Shown here: in pieces, positions 49,593 to 61,635 of the stretch | How the letters are laid out: every line of letters begins with the position of its first letter | Numbering within the stretch: position 1 is the first letter of the stretch | Source: an uncultured Gammaproteobacteria bacterium | Lineage (GTDB): Bacteria > Pseudomonadota > Gammaproteobacteria > GCA-002705445 > GCA-002716945 | Length of the DNA stretch: 64,000 nucleotides | Assembly (NCBI GenBank): GCA_902605525.1 | Contig: CACLCV010000001.1 | Coordinates: forward strand, 15,635-79,634 | Reading direction: 5' to 3' | The notes under the pieces: model-generated | Databases searched by the model: none | The model's input: only the letters and a program-made list of their open reading frames with translations | Told to the model about the DNA's origin: nothing | Translations under genes and position numbers: made by a program

Positions 49593-50093
49593 ATGAAAAT
49601 ACTTAACATAGCTATAATTATTGTATCTAATACAAGAACACATGAGACTGATAAGTCTGGTAAAAAACTATCAGAAATGATTTCTAATGAGGGTCATATA
49701 ATTGTAACTAAAGAAATTGTTAAGGATGATATCTATGCTATAAGAAAAGTCGCCTCTGACTTTATTTTAAATAAAGAAATTGATTCTATTATCTTAAGCG
49801 GTGGAACAGGAATTACAGGTTCAGATGGAACGCCAGAGGCTATAGAACCGCTACTTGATAAAGTAATAGATGGATTCGGAGAATTATTTAGGATTAAATC
49901 GTTCGATAAGATAAAAACATCGTCATTACAGTCTAGAGCCCTTGCAGGTGTTGCTAATAAAACTTTTATATTTGTATTACCTGGATCAATAGACGCATGT
50001 AAAACAGCGTGGAATGAAATAATTTGCCATCAACTCAACAGTGAAACAAAGCCCTGTAATTTAGTTATGTTAATGCCTAGACTAAAAGAATAA
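49593..50093 (+). CDS. moaB: Molybdenum cofactor biosynthesis protein B
   Basis: 166 aa, collinear with E. coli MoaB: ILSGGTGITGSD, DGFGELFR and SRALAGVANKTFIFVLPGS. Confidence 0.85.
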   Translation: MKILNIAIIIVSNTRTHETDKSGKKLSEMISNEGHIIVTKEIVKDDIYAIRKVASDFILNKEIDSIILSGGTGITGSDGTPEAIEPLLDKVIDGFGELFRIKSFDKIKTSSLQSRALAGVANKTFIFVLPGSIDACKTAWNEIICHQLNSETKPCNLVMLMPRLKE

Positions 50094-50615
50094 CTAGATG
50101 CTCTCAACGTCTGATATTTCAGGCAAATCAGATAATTTATTTTTATTGAAATAATCAAGAAATTTTGGAGTCGTACCAAATAATTCAGGTTTTCCTGGTG
50201 ATTCTTTATGTCCAACAATCTTTATCCATTCTAACTCTAATAAAGTCCTTATGATATTTGTACTAACAGCAATACCTCTTATATCTTCTATGTCCCCCCT
50301 TGTAACAGGTTGTTTGTAAGCAATAATTGCAGTTGTTTCTAAAAAAGCCTTAGAAAATTTATTTGTGCCTTTATCTTTAAGTTTAGATATATAAGTATCT
50401 AATCCATCCTTAGCTTGAAATCTAAACCCACTTGCTACCTGACAGATATGAATTGCTTTATTTGCATAGTCTTGATTGAGTTCATCAATAGCATGATTAA
50501 TTTGTTTTTTATTTGGACTATTATCATCTAATATTTTAGTAATTTGAGATATCGATAATGGCTCATCACTCACAAGTAATAAACATTCGATTATATTTTT
50601 AAGTGAATACTTCAC
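50094..50615 (-). CDS. scpB: Segregation and condensation protein B
   Basis: 173 aa with tandem winged-helix domains (AYKQPVTRGDIEDIRG); follows scpA. Confidence 0.85.
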   Translation of the reverse strand: MKYSLKNIIECLLLVSDEPLSISQITKILDDNSPNKKQINHAIDELNQDYANKAIHICQVASGFRFQAKDGLDTYISKLKDKGTNKFSKAFLETTAIIAYKQPVTRGDIEDIRGIAVSTNIIRTLLELEWIKIVGHKESPGKPELFGTTPKFLDYFNKNKLSDLPEISDVESI

Positions 50616-51403
50616 TTTTTAAGACCTATATAAATTCTTGACATTGGCTCGTTTTGAATTACATCAATCAATGACTCTTTAACAAGCTCTAGAAGAGCAA
50701 GAAATGTTACTATAACGCCTAATCTACCCTCTTGAAGATTAAATAATTCAGCAAATTCAATATTTTCATGATCCTTTAGTTTAGATAACATAGATGACAT
50801 TCTTTCACGAACTGATAATGTTTCAGATAATATATTATGTGTAGATAATATCTCTGCTCGTCTAAGCACATCCATCAAAGCAAGTTTCAGTTGCTCAATT
50901 TTTATGTCAGGTATGTCAATAGTATTTCTTTTCTTTGTTTCAATAGCATTTGATACAACATAAAAGTCTCGATAATTTCTAGGGAGATTTTCAATTTGCT
51001 CAGATGCATTCTTATATTTTTGGTACTCTAATAAACGTTTAATAAGATTTGCACGAGGATCTTCTTCATCCTCAATTTCAGTTTCAACAGGTAATAGAAG
51101 TTTTGACTTAATTTCTGTTAAAGTTGAAGCCATAACTAAATAATCAGCAGCTAATTCGAAATGCATTTCCTCCATTATCGAGATGTAACTCATATACTGT
51201 TCAGTAATAGGAAATATAGGCAAATCAGTTATATCAATATTTTGCTTCTTAATAAGATATAAAAGTAAATCTAATGGGCCTTCAAAGTCCTCTAAGATAA
51301 TTCGCAAATGCTCTGGGGGTATAAATAAATCCTCAGGAATATCAGAAATGGCCTTGCCATTATATATAGCAGTAATTTCAGTCAAAATTAAATCCCATAA
51401 CAC
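50612..51403 (-). CDS. scpA: Segregation and condensation protein A (kleisin)
   Basis: 263 aa with FEGPLDLLLYLIKKQNIDI, the ScpA signature start. Confidence 0.88.
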   Translation of the reverse strand: MLWDLILTEITAIYNGKAISDIPEDLFIPPEHLRIILEDFEGPLDLLLYLIKKQNIDITDLPIFPITEQYMSYISIMEEMHFELAADYLVMASTLTEIKSKLLLPVETEIEDEEDPRANLIKRLLEYQKYKNASEQIENLPRNYRDFYVVSNAIETKKRNTIDIPDIKIEQLKLALMDVLRRAEILSTHNILSETLSVRERMSSMLSKLKDHENIEFAELFNLQEGRLGVIVTFLALLELVKESLIDVIQNEPMSRIYIGLKK

Positions 51404-52382
51404 TGTTAAGCTCTAAGATCGTTTTATTGGCTCTTTCACGAGCCTTTAGTGAACCATTGTTTAGAGTCTCTTGTAAATATTTTTTATCATTCATTATCTT
51501 TTCAATCTCCTTTGATATGGGCTCAATCAAATTTATTACAACTTCTTTCAATTCATTTTTAAAAGATGATATTTCTTTATTTGCAAAAAGTTCGATTACT
51601 TTATCTTTTTCAATGTTAGATATTGAACTATAAATTGTAATTAGATTATTAATTTCAGGTCTATTAGCAAGTTGATCAGAAGAAGTTGGCATCGAAAGTG
51701 AATCTGATTTTGCTTTATTGATTTTTGCTGAAATTTCATCATTGGAATCTGTCAGAAGTATTCGTGAATACTTAGAGACATCTGACTTACTCATTTTATT
51801 GTTAGCATCGCGTAGACTCATGATTCTAGGTGCAGCTTTATTTATAATAGGTTCTGGTAACTTGAAAAATGTTTGTTTGTAATCTGTGTTAAATTTATGT
51901 GCAATATCTCTTGTCAATTCAAGATGTTGTTTCTGATCATCTCCGACAGGAACTTTATCAGCATGATAAAGAAGAATATCTGCTGCCATCAATACTGGAT
52001 ATGCATATAATCCCAGTGATGCATTATCACGATTTTTTCCTGCCTTGTCTTTAAACTGTGTCATTCTATTTAACCAACCAACCCTAGCAGTACAACTGAG
52101 GTACCAAGATAAAACGCTATGTTCTCTAACAGCTGATTGATTAAAGAGAATGCATTTTTTAGGATCCAAGCCACAAGCTAGAAATATTGATAAGACGCTA
52201 TAAACATTTTGTTTTAATTCTTCTGGATCTTGAAAGACGGTTATAGCATGTTGGTCTACAATACAAAAAATAGAATCCTCATCATTTTGAAAATTAAGAA
52301 ATTGTTTTATAGCACCGAGGTAATTTCCTAAGTGAATATCACCTGTAGGTTGTACGCCTGAGAAAACTGTATCTTTAGACAT
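51378..52382 (-). CDS. trpS: Tryptophan--tRNA ligase
   Basis: 334 aa with a class I HIGH-like box (GDIHLGNYLG) and KMSKS. Confidence 0.95.
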   Translation of the reverse strand: MSKDTVFSGVQPTGDIHLGNYLGAIKQFLNFQNDEDSIFCIVDQHAITVFQDPEELKQNVYSVLSIFLACGLDPKKCILFNQSAVREHSVLSWYLSCTARVGWLNRMTQFKDKAGKNRDNASLGLYAYPVLMAADILLYHADKVPVGDDQKQHLELTRDIAHKFNTDYKQTFFKLPEPIINKAAPRIMSLRDANNKMSKSDVSKYSRILLTDSNDEISAKINKAKSDSLSMPTSSDQLANRPEINNLITIYSSISNIEKDKVIELFANKEISSFKNELKEVVINLIEPISKEIEKIMNDKKYLQETLNNGSLKARERANKTILELNSVMGFNFD

Positions 52383-52401
52383 ATAATGAGTGATTCATAT
52401 G

Positions 52402-52424
52402 AGATCATTTTAACATAATGATCT
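52402..52424. repeat. Inverted repeat (8-bp stem, 7-nt loop) in the trpS/bolA-family divergent spacer
   Basis: AGATCATT-ttaacat-AATGATCT, read directly from the sequence. Its function is unknown (operator or 5'-UTR hairpin). Confidence 0.4.
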
Positions 52425-52470
52425 AATTTAGATACTGTATAAATTTTTTTAAATTTTATATACTACGCTT

Positions 52471-52737
52471 ATGACCAAAGAGAGAATTAGAATGATTGAA
52501 GAGGGATTGGCTCTATTAAACCCTTTGAAAATTGAAATAGAAGATGAAGGCCATCTTCATGTTGGTCATGCGGGCGCCAAATCCGGCGGACATTTCAAAT
52601 TATATATTGTGTCTCAATCTTTTAATAACATGACCCAAATAAACAGACATAAGCTGATATATAAAACATTATCAGAATTATTGAAAACAGAAATTCATGC
52701 CCTGTCTATAAACGCAAAATCTCCTGAAGAGTTATAA
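52471..52737 (+). CDS. BolA family protein
   Basis: 88 aa with DEGHLHVGHAG...HFKLYIVS..F......RH..IY, the BolA-like pattern. Confidence 0.75.
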   Translation: MTKERIRMIEEGLALLNPLKIEIEDEGHLHVGHAGAKSGGHFKLYIVSQSFNNMTQINRHKLIYKTLSELLKTEIHALSINAKSPEEL

Positions 52738-53193
52738 ATCTAGCTTAAGCACATACGCATCTTCTCGACCATTTTCAGATTCATAGTAATTTTTTCTTGT
52801 GCCAATTATTTGAAAGTTATATTTTTCATATAAAGACTGGGCTTCAAAATTACCTACTCTTACCTCTAATAATATATTTTCAGAACTTCTGAGTCTAGCT
52901 TCGCTAATTATTAGTTCGATAAGAGATTTTCCAATACCTTTTTTTCTAAAATTTTTTTTAACAGTAAGATTTAATATATGTGTTTCTGGATATGTAATTT
53001 TAGCTATTACATAGCCTACTAGATTTTCATTAAAAAAAACCGAAAATGAATCATACTTATATAATATACAATCTCTTAGTATTTCTTTAGTCCATGGAAA
53101 ATCATATGATTCAAGCTCAAGATCATAAATTTTATTCAAATCTTTTATGCTCATAGGAATATAGTTATACAAATCTGATTTTCTAACTGACAT
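52732..53193 (-). CDS. rimI: Ribosomal-protein-alanine N-acetyltransferase (GNAT)
   Basis: 153 aa with the GNAT acetyl-CoA motif RKKGIGKSLI and RimI-like length. Confidence 0.75.
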   Translation of the reverse strand: MSVRKSDLYNYIPMSIKDLNKIYDLELESYDFPWTKEILRDCILYKYDSFSVFFNENLVGYVIAKITYPETHILNLTVKKNFRKKGIGKSLIELIISEARLRSSENILLEVRVGNFEAQSLYEKYNFQIIGTRKNYYESENGREDAYVLKLDL

Positions 53194-53818
53194 TGATATT
53201 TTCTTTCATAAACATTAGATCTTCCCAAACTTTCCTCTTTTCATTAGGGCTTCTCAAAAGATAAGCTGGATGATAAAAAACAAGTGTTGGTATATTAGTA
53301 TTCTTATAAAAATGAATTTTTTGTCTTAATGATGCCATAGATTCAGAAGAATTAAGTATTCTCTCGGCTGCAACTTTTCCAAGTAAAATGATTACTTTAG
53401 GAGATATCGATTCAATTTGTTGATCCAAATAACTTGCACAAGATTTAATTTCTTCATTACTGGGATTTCTGTTCTCAGGTGGACGACATTTAACTGTGTT
53501 CGTAATATATACATCATCTCTAGTAAGTTTGATGGATAGAAGAATTTCTGTTAAAAGTTTCCCTGCTCTTCCAACAAAAGGTTCTGCTGTTAGATCCTCT
53601 TCTTTTCCTGGTGCCTCACCAATAATTAATATTTGAGAATTAATATTGCCTTTACCAAATACAACCTTATTTCTGGTTTTTGCTAATATACATTTTTGAC
53701 AATTATCAGCATCTAGTTTTAAATCTTCAAAACTTAATATATTTTTTCCTATAACATCATCATTAAGCCAAGATACATCTATATTCATAAGAGTTAATAG
53801 CTCTTTTTTCCTAGACAT
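53183..53818 (-). CDS. Uracil-DNA glycosylase, family 4
   Basis: GEAPGKEEDLTAEPFVGRAGKLL is the family-4 UDG motif; HPAYLLR lies near the C-terminus. Confidence 0.85.
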   Translation of the reverse strand: MSRKKELLTLMNIDVSWLNDDVIGKNILSFEDLKLDADNCQKCILAKTRNKVVFGKGNINSQILIIGEAPGKEEDLTAEPFVGRAGKLLTEILLSIKLTRDDVYITNTVKCRPPENRNPSNEEIKSCASYLDQQIESISPKVIILLGKVAAERILNSSESMASLRQKIHFYKNTNIPTLVFYHPAYLLRSPNEKRKVWEDLMFMKENINVS

Positions 53819-55362
53819 TAAATACCTGATAGTTTTTTTGATTCAAGATTTGGATTATGATAAATCTTATTAATGGCATTTAGATAAGCCAAGACTGAAG
53901 CTTTAACAATATCAGTATCTGCACCATGTCCATTCACTATAACCTCACCTTTGAGAACCCTTACTGTCACTTCTCCTTGTGCATCTGTTCCTGATGTAAT
54001 GTTATTTACTGAATAAAGTTTTAAATCAATATTTAAATCAATTAGATTGTTGATAGCATTAAATGCAGCATCAACAGCTCCATCACCTTCTGCAGATGAA
54101 GTTAGTTCTTTGCCCTTAATGTCCAGTGTAATTTTCGCATAAGGCTTTTTAGAGGAATCACATACTACTGACATAGATATTAATTGAATGTCATCACCTG
54201 ATAGTTGGACATTATTAGATAATTGGATAATATCCTCATCATATATTTCATGCTTCTTATCAGCTAATTCCTTGAATCGAGAAAAGAGATCATTAAATGA
54301 CTCTTCAGATTCATACTGTAGATTTAACTGTTCCATTTTCTGCTTGAGAGCATTTCTTCCTGAGTGCTTGCCTAAAACCAATGAATTACTGACAAGACCA
54401 ATATCTTCCGCTCTCATAATTTCGTAAGTTTCTCTGGACTTAATAATGCCATCTTGATGAATACCAGATTCATGGGCAAAAGCGTTTTTACCAACTATTG
54501 CTTTGTTAGGTTGAACCGGAAATCCTGTGATGCTTGAAACTAGCCTAGAGCAATTCATAATTTTTCTTGTATTTATTCTTGTATCGCATGAAAAAATATC
54601 CCGTCTAGTTTTCACGGTCATTACTATTTCCTCTAAAGCCGCATTTCCTGCTCTTTCACCTAGACCATTAATCGTACACTCTACTTGTCTCGCACCGTGA
54701 AGAACAGATGATAGCGAATTTGAGACTGCTAGTCCCAAATCATTATGGCAATGAACTGAAAATATAGCTTTATTAGCATTAGGTACATTAGAAATAATTT
54801 TTTCTATCAATTCACCAAATTGATGTGGCATATTATAACCAACCGTATCAGGAATATTTATGGTTGTCGCGCCAGCATTAATTACTTGCTCTATAATTTC
54901 ACACAGAAAATTGAAATCTGATCTACCAGCATCTTCTGGAGAAAATTCTACATCTTCAGCATTATCTTTAGCAATGTTAACAGCATTAACTGCATTTTTA
55001 ATGACTTGTTCAGGAGTCATCTTTAACTTCATTTCCATGTGTATAGGAGATGTAGCAATGAATGTATGAATTCTTGAAAGTTTTGCATTTTTCAAAGCAT
55101 CAGCTGCTCTTAAAATATCTTTTTCCAAAGCTCTAGCTAAGGCACAAACCCTTGATGTTTTGATACTATCCGCAATTTCTTTGACTGCAGTAAAATCTCC
55201 TTTGCTAGCAATTGGAAATCCGGCCTCTATAACATCCACATTTAAATCATTTAGTGCATTAGCAATTTGTATTTTCTCTTGAATGTCCATAGATGCGCCA
55301 GGACTCTGCTCACCATCTCTAAGGGTTGTATCAAAAATTATTAAATTATCAGTACCAGTCAT
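53818..55362 (-). CDS. leuA: 2-isopropylmalate synthase
   Basis: 514 aa with TTLRDGEQSPG and HCHNDLGLAV, plus a C-terminal LeuA regulatory domain. Confidence 0.95.
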   Translation of the reverse strand: MTGTDNLIIFDTTLRDGEQSPGASMDIQEKIQIANALNDLNVDVIEAGFPIASKGDFTAVKEIADSIKTSRVCALARALEKDILRAADALKNAKLSRIHTFIATSPIHMEMKLKMTPEQVIKNAVNAVNIAKDNAEDVEFSPEDAGRSDFNFLCEIIEQVINAGATTINIPDTVGYNMPHQFGELIEKIISNVPNANKAIFSVHCHNDLGLAVSNSLSSVLHGARQVECTINGLGERAGNAALEEIVMTVKTRRDIFSCDTRINTRKIMNCSRLVSSITGFPVQPNKAIVGKNAFAHESGIHQDGIIKSRETYEIMRAEDIGLVSNSLVLGKHSGRNALKQKMEQLNLQYESEESFNDLFSRFKELADKKHEIYDEDIIQLSNNVQLSGDDIQLISMSVVCDSSKKPYAKITLDIKGKELTSSAEGDGAVDAAFNAINNLIDLNIDLKLYSVNNITSGTDAQGEVTVRVLKGEVIVNGHGADTDIVKASVLAYLNAINKIYHNPNLESKKLSGI

Positions 55363-55452
55363 ATTAACGAAATCCTACCTGTATAAGTATAGTGAGCATT
55401 ATAACCTAACAGATAGCAGGAAGTAGTGAAAATATATTAAACTTTACACAAC

Positions 55453-56226
55453 TTATCGATTATCTTTTGTAGATATATCATTGGGGTTCAATTTACTCCT
55501 TTTAAATCTTCTAAAAAAGAATAACCCTGGGCCTGAGAGACCATAGAATAAAAAGAAAATAAATAATACTTTTGGTGGATCAAATGATATAAAAGAAATG
55601 GCTAATGAGATTACAAAAAGCATAATATAAGGAATCTTTTGTCTAAAGTTAATGTCTTTGAAACTCATATAAGCAATATTACTTACCATTAGAATTGATA
55701 GTGAGACAATCAAAATAACTGTCAAAGTGACGTATGATTGAATATCGACTCTTAAGTCTTGCATTAACCATACATAACAAATTAAAATTGCTGCTGCGGC
55801 TGGACTAGCTAAACCCATAAAATATTTTTTATCGGTAGTTTGATTTCTAGAGTTAAATCTTGCTAATCTTATAGCTGTTGAAGCGATATAAATAAAACAT
55901 GCAATATAGGATATCTTAGCAAGATAACCAGAAGTAAACATGGATAAACTTGAAAGATAAATAAGTAATGCTGGTGCAACACCAAAACATAACATATCAG
56001 ATAAACTATCAAAGTACTCACCAAATGATGTTTGTGTATTTGTCATTCTTGCCACTCTGCCATCAAGGCCATCAAGAATCATTGCAAACAAAATATATAT
56101 AGCAGCCAGTACATAATTTCCGCCAATAGCTGTGATAATCGAATAGAAACCACAAAATAAAGCCCCTGATGTCACAAGGTTTGGTAGAAGGTATACTCCG
56201 GGCAGTTTATTTCTTCTCTTTCTCAA
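55453..56226 (-). CDS. pssA: CDP-diacylglycerol--serine O-phosphatidyltransferase
   Basis: The CDP-alcohol phosphatidyltransferase motif DGLDGRVAR...G...D...D. A 257-aa membrane protein in the ilvC-pssA-leuA order. Confidence 0.88.
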   Translation of the reverse strand: MRKRRNKLPGVYLLPNLVTSGALFCGFYSIITAIGGNYVLAAIYILFAMILDGLDGRVARMTNTQTSFGEYFDSLSDMLCFGVAPALLIYLSSLSMFTSGYLAKISYIACFIYIASTAIRLARFNSRNQTTDKKYFMGLASPAAAAILICYVWLMQDLRVDIQSYVTLTVILIVSLSILMVSNIAYMSFKDINFRQKIPYIMLFVISLAISFISFDPPKVLFIFFLFYGLSGPGLFFFRRFKRSKLNPNDISTKDNR

Positions 56227-57753
<1,527 letters not shown>

Positions 57754-57757
<4 letters not shown>

Positions 57758-59499
57758 GCTAATTCGATATCTTCATTTGCGGAGGGTGCTAAATGCATCT
57801 CGTGATGTCCTTTACCACTCATTATCATTGGATAAACATTTTCGGTTTCATCAGTAATAACGTCTACAAATACTAATCTATTCTTATGACTAAGCGCATG
57901 AGTAAGATCTTTTTCTAGATCTTTTGGCTTATCTATTACCATACCGATATGACCAAAGCTCTCAGCAAGTTGTGCAAAGTTTGGAATAGCATCCATATAT
58001 GACATTGCATATCTACCCTCATAAAAAAACTCTTGCCATTGTCTAACCATGCCCATATACCTATTATTCAAAGTTATAATCTTAATAGGTAATCCGTATT
58101 GTAAACATGTAGATAATTCTTGTATACACATAAGAATACTAGCTTCGCCAGTTACGCAAAGAACTTGTTCTCTAGGATAAGCCAATTGTGCCCCTATAGC
58201 TGCTGGAAGACCAAAACCCATTGTTCCTAATCCACCTGAATTAATCCATCTATTAGGTTTATCAAATTTATAATATTGAGCAACCCACATTTGATGTTGT
58301 CCTACATCAGAGGTCACAAATGACTTTCCTTTTGTAATCTTATGAAGAGTCTCAATTACAGATTGGGGCTTGATCACTTTAGTAGATTTTTTATAAGATA
58401 GACATTTCTTTTTTTGCCATGAATTTATTTTTCTCCACCATTTGCTCAAAGCATCTTTATTAATATCTTTTTTAAAATACTTTGTATGATCTAAAAGTTT
58501 TTTCAAAATCTGTTTAGTGTCACCAATTAAGGAGTGATCTACTTCAATAATTTTTGAAATTGATGATGGATCAATATCGATATGAATTATCTTCGCTTTT
58601 GGACAAAATTGATTAGTATCACCCGTTACCCTATCATCAAATCTAGCGCCAATAGCGAGCAGAACATCACAATCATGCATTGCCATATTAGCTTCATATG
58701 TCCCATGCATTCCAAGCATACCTAAAAATTGTTTGTCCGATGACGGGTATGCTCCTAATCCCATCAACGTATTAGTTATAGGAAAATTAAGATGTTTAGT
58801 TAATTTAACTAGTTCATTACTTGCTTTACCGAGAATTACTCCGCCTCCAGCATATATCATGGGTTTTTTTGCAGAACAGATTAGCTTTGCAGCATCTTTT
58901 ATTTTTTCATCAGATTCTAATTTTTTAATATTATAAGATCTAATTTTTATATTTTTCTTATATTCAAAATTAATTTTTACCTTTGGATCTGTTAAGTCTT
59001 TTGGAATGTCTATTATCACTGGACCAGGCCTTCCAGTCGTTGCAATTATAAAAGCTTTTCTAAAAGTTTCTGCGATTGACTCTCGATCATTAATAAGAAA
59101 GTTATGTTTACATATTGGCCTTGTAATACCTGTGGCATCTGCCTCTTGGAAGGCATCACTTCCAACATATTGTCTTGATACTTGTCCAGAGATTACAATC
59201 ATAGGAATAGAATCCATATGTGCAGTTGCAATTCCTGTAACACAATTTGTTATACCAGGGCCTGATGTGACTAGGACAACTCCAGGTTTGTTACATGCTC
59301 TTGCATATCCATCTGCAGCATGTGTTGCGCCTTGTTCATGCCTAACCAAAACATGTTTAATTTTTTCAGCTGCAAATAATGCATCATAAATATGTAGGAC
59401 AGCTCCACCAGGATAGCCAAAAATATATTCTACCCCCTCTTTTTTAAGAGATTCAATAATTATTTCTGATCCACTAAGTTTCATTCCCTGTCTCTTCAA
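57754..59499 (-). CDS. ilvI: Acetolactate synthase large subunit
   Basis: 581 aa with the ThDP motif GGLGTMGFGLPAAIGA...N and an N-terminal pyrimidine-binding domain. Confidence 0.96.
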
Positions 59500-59503
59500 T
59501 TAG

Positions 59504-59734
59504 TTAACTCTTTTTTATCATAAAGAAGAATTTATTATCTTTTTCTTCTGACGAAAGTATCTCATTGCCAGTTTGAGTTGCAAAAGATTCAAAATCCATT
59601 ACTGCGCCTGGGTCTGTTGAAATCACATGGAGCACTTGTCCAGAATCCATAGTATTTATTTCCTTTTTAGCTTTAATAATTGGAAGTGGGCAGTTAAGGC
59701 CACTTGTATCAAGTTCTTTATCAAAATCGCTCAT
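59504..59734 (-). CDS. tusA: TusA/SirA-family sulfurtransferase
   Basis: 76 aa with GLNCPLPIIKAKK (the CPxP active-site Cys). Confidence 0.85.
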   Translation of the reverse strand: MSDFDKELDTSGLNCPLPIIKAKKEINTMDSGQVLHVISTDPGAVMDFESFATQTGNEILSSEEKDNKFFFMIKKS

Positions 59735-59829
59735 TATCTATTACCTCTTGCGTTATAATTATATATAGAAAACTATATTAGTACATTTGCATAATTTAAT
59801 ATAGAAAAACATACATTGCGAACTAATAA

Positions 59830-61251
59830 ATGTCTAAATATTTAGTAGGTATCATCATAGTGCTCTTTGTGGGAAGTGCGACCGCACATCAAGATATTCC
59901 TGCACCCAATCTTGGTGACACATTAAATAGAACAATAACCCTATATGATGAGGAGAGAATAGGAAGAAATATTTATAAAAACCTTCAAAAAAATAACTAT
60001 ATTATTAATGATTTTCTAGTCAATGACTACATCACATATCTAGGTAATAGATTAAGCAGAAATATATCAATGGAAAGGGACTATTTCTTTTTTATAACAA
60101 AATCTGATGCTGTAAACGCATTTGCTGTTCCTGGAGGTTTTATGGGCTTTAATGCTGGCTTATTCATCCTTACTCAAAATGAAGCCCAACTCGCAGGAGT
60201 TGTTGCACATGAATTAGGACATGTGGTTCTTCGTCATAGCGCAGAAATGATGGCAAGTAGTAATGTCAATTCAATTCCAATGTGGATTGGAATCTTTGCA
60301 GGACTTCTTGCAGGAGAGACAGAAGCGAGTATAGCTTCTATTCAGTCGGGTATAGGTTTCTCAGCTCAAAAAAATATTAATCTTGTCAGAGAAAATGAAA
60401 TTGAATCTGATAACTTTGCAGTAATGCTAATGAATAAAAGTAATTATGATCTAAACGAAATGGCAAACTTTTTTCTTTTAATGCAAGGAGACTTAAATAA
60501 TCAAGAAAATTTAAATGAATACTTTATGACTCATCCACTTTATAAAAATAGAATAAGTAGTATTAAAAAAAGAGCTAGTGAACAAGTTAATCCTGTAATA
60601 AATAGTACTGATGATTATTTTTATATAAGGAATATTCTAGAAAGTAAAACTAGAGTATTAAAAGATATGAAATATAAGTTATCAAATGATCCAATACAAA
60701 ATCATCGCTATGCATTGAGTCTAGTCAATAGTGGTAAATATGCTGAGGCTAGAAAAATTCTCAGTCAAAGTTTCAGCAAGGATCGTTTCAATATTTATCT
60801 AGCATCATTGATGTCTGAGATACTATGGCTTGAAGGAAAAAAATATGAGTCAAAAGAAATTTTAAAAAAAATACTAAGTATTTATCCAAATAACAATGCT
60901 ATAAGCAATCAATTATTTTTTTTCAATATTAAAGATCAGGTAGATTTAGAACAAAGCATCTCCGGAATTGAATACCTAATGAAATATAACTCTTACAATC
61001 CACAAGCTTATAAGATACTTGCTGAGGCTTATAGTAAAACAAACAGATTTTATAAATCAAAACTGGCTCTAATCAATTATTATACTCTCAAAGGTAATAT
61101 ACCTATGGCATTTAAGGTAATAGATGACGGTAAAAGTTCAGATAAGCTTAGTGAGCATGAAAAAGAATACCTTAAAAAGTTAAAAAACAGTATCCTATGT
61201 TCATCTAATCCACCCTTAGAGCCTATATTTGGCAATAAAACCTGTAATTAA
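59830..61251 (+). CDS. bepA: Periplasmic M48 metalloprotease with C-terminal TPR repeats (BepA/YfgC-like)
   Basis: Signal peptide, HELGHVVLRH (HExxH) and a TPR-like C-terminal half; 473 aa. Confidence 0.7.
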   Translation: MSKYLVGIIIVLFVGSATAHQDIPAPNLGDTLNRTITLYDEERIGRNIYKNLQKNNYIINDFLVNDYITYLGNRLSRNISMERDYFFFITKSDAVNAFAVPGGFMGFNAGLFILTQNEAQLAGVVAHELGHVVLRHSAEMMASSNVNSIPMWIGIFAGLLAGETEASIASIQSGIGFSAQKNINLVRENEIESDNFAVMLMNKSNYDLNEMANFFLLMQGDLNNQENLNEYFMTHPLYKNRISSIKKRASEQVNPVINSTDDYFYIRNILESKTRVLKDMKYKLSNDPIQNHRYALSLVNSGKYAEARKILSQSFSKDRFNIYLASLMSEILWLEGKKYESKEILKKILSIYPNNNAISNQLFFFNIKDQVDLEQSISGIEYLMKYNSYNPQAYKILAEAYSKTNRFYKSKLALINYYTLKGNIPMAFKVIDDGKSSDKLSEHEKEYLKKLKNSILCSSNPPLEPIFGNKTCN

Positions 61252-61292
61252 AAAATGTTTTAATAAAATTGATTCATCTATATAATGGAGCC

Positions 61293-61628
61293 ATGAAATA
61301 TATAGTAGAATTTCTCTTAATTATTGTACTGGTTTTACCAAGCTTGTCTCATGCAGACAACATTGCAGAAGGTAAAAGTCTTACTTTTGACAGGAAGAAA
61401 GGTAACTGCTTAGCCTGTCATATGATAGACGACGGAGAACTTGCTGGCAATAATGGTCCTCCTCTCCTTGCGATGAAAGCGAGATTTCCAGATAGAGAGG
61501 TTCTATTTCAACAAATCTGGGATCCTACAGAGAGTAATCCGTATTCTTTCATGCCACCATTTGGGAAGCACGGCGCTCTAACTAGAACTGAAATTAATAA
61601 GATAATGGACTATCTGTATACATTGTGA
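61293..61628 (+). CDS. soxX: Sulfur-oxidation c-type cytochrome SoxX (small form)
   Basis: Signal peptide ending SLSHA|D, a single heme site GNCLACH and MPPFG. I prefer the ATG at 61293, preceded by a GGAG Shine-Dalgarno sequence. The track start at 61269 is a TTG. Confidence 0.85.
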   Translation: MKYIVEFLLIIVLVLPSLSHADNIAEGKSLTFDRKKGNCLACHMIDDGELAGNNGPPLLAMKARFPDREVLFQQIWDPTESNPYSFMPPFGKHGALTRTEINKIMDYLYTL

Positions 61629-61635
61629 GGAAATA

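Noticed and set aside
55364-55399. 11-codon upstream ORF (MLTILIQVGFR*) rich in Leu/Ile/Val, ending 1 nt before the leuA ATG. It could be a leu-type leader peptide.
   Set aside because: There is no room for a terminator/antiterminator structure between it and leuA. Its ATG sits inside the only TATAAT-like box of the 90-nt spacer, and it has no run of consecutive Leu codons. It is probably coincidental, although translational coupling cannot be excluded.
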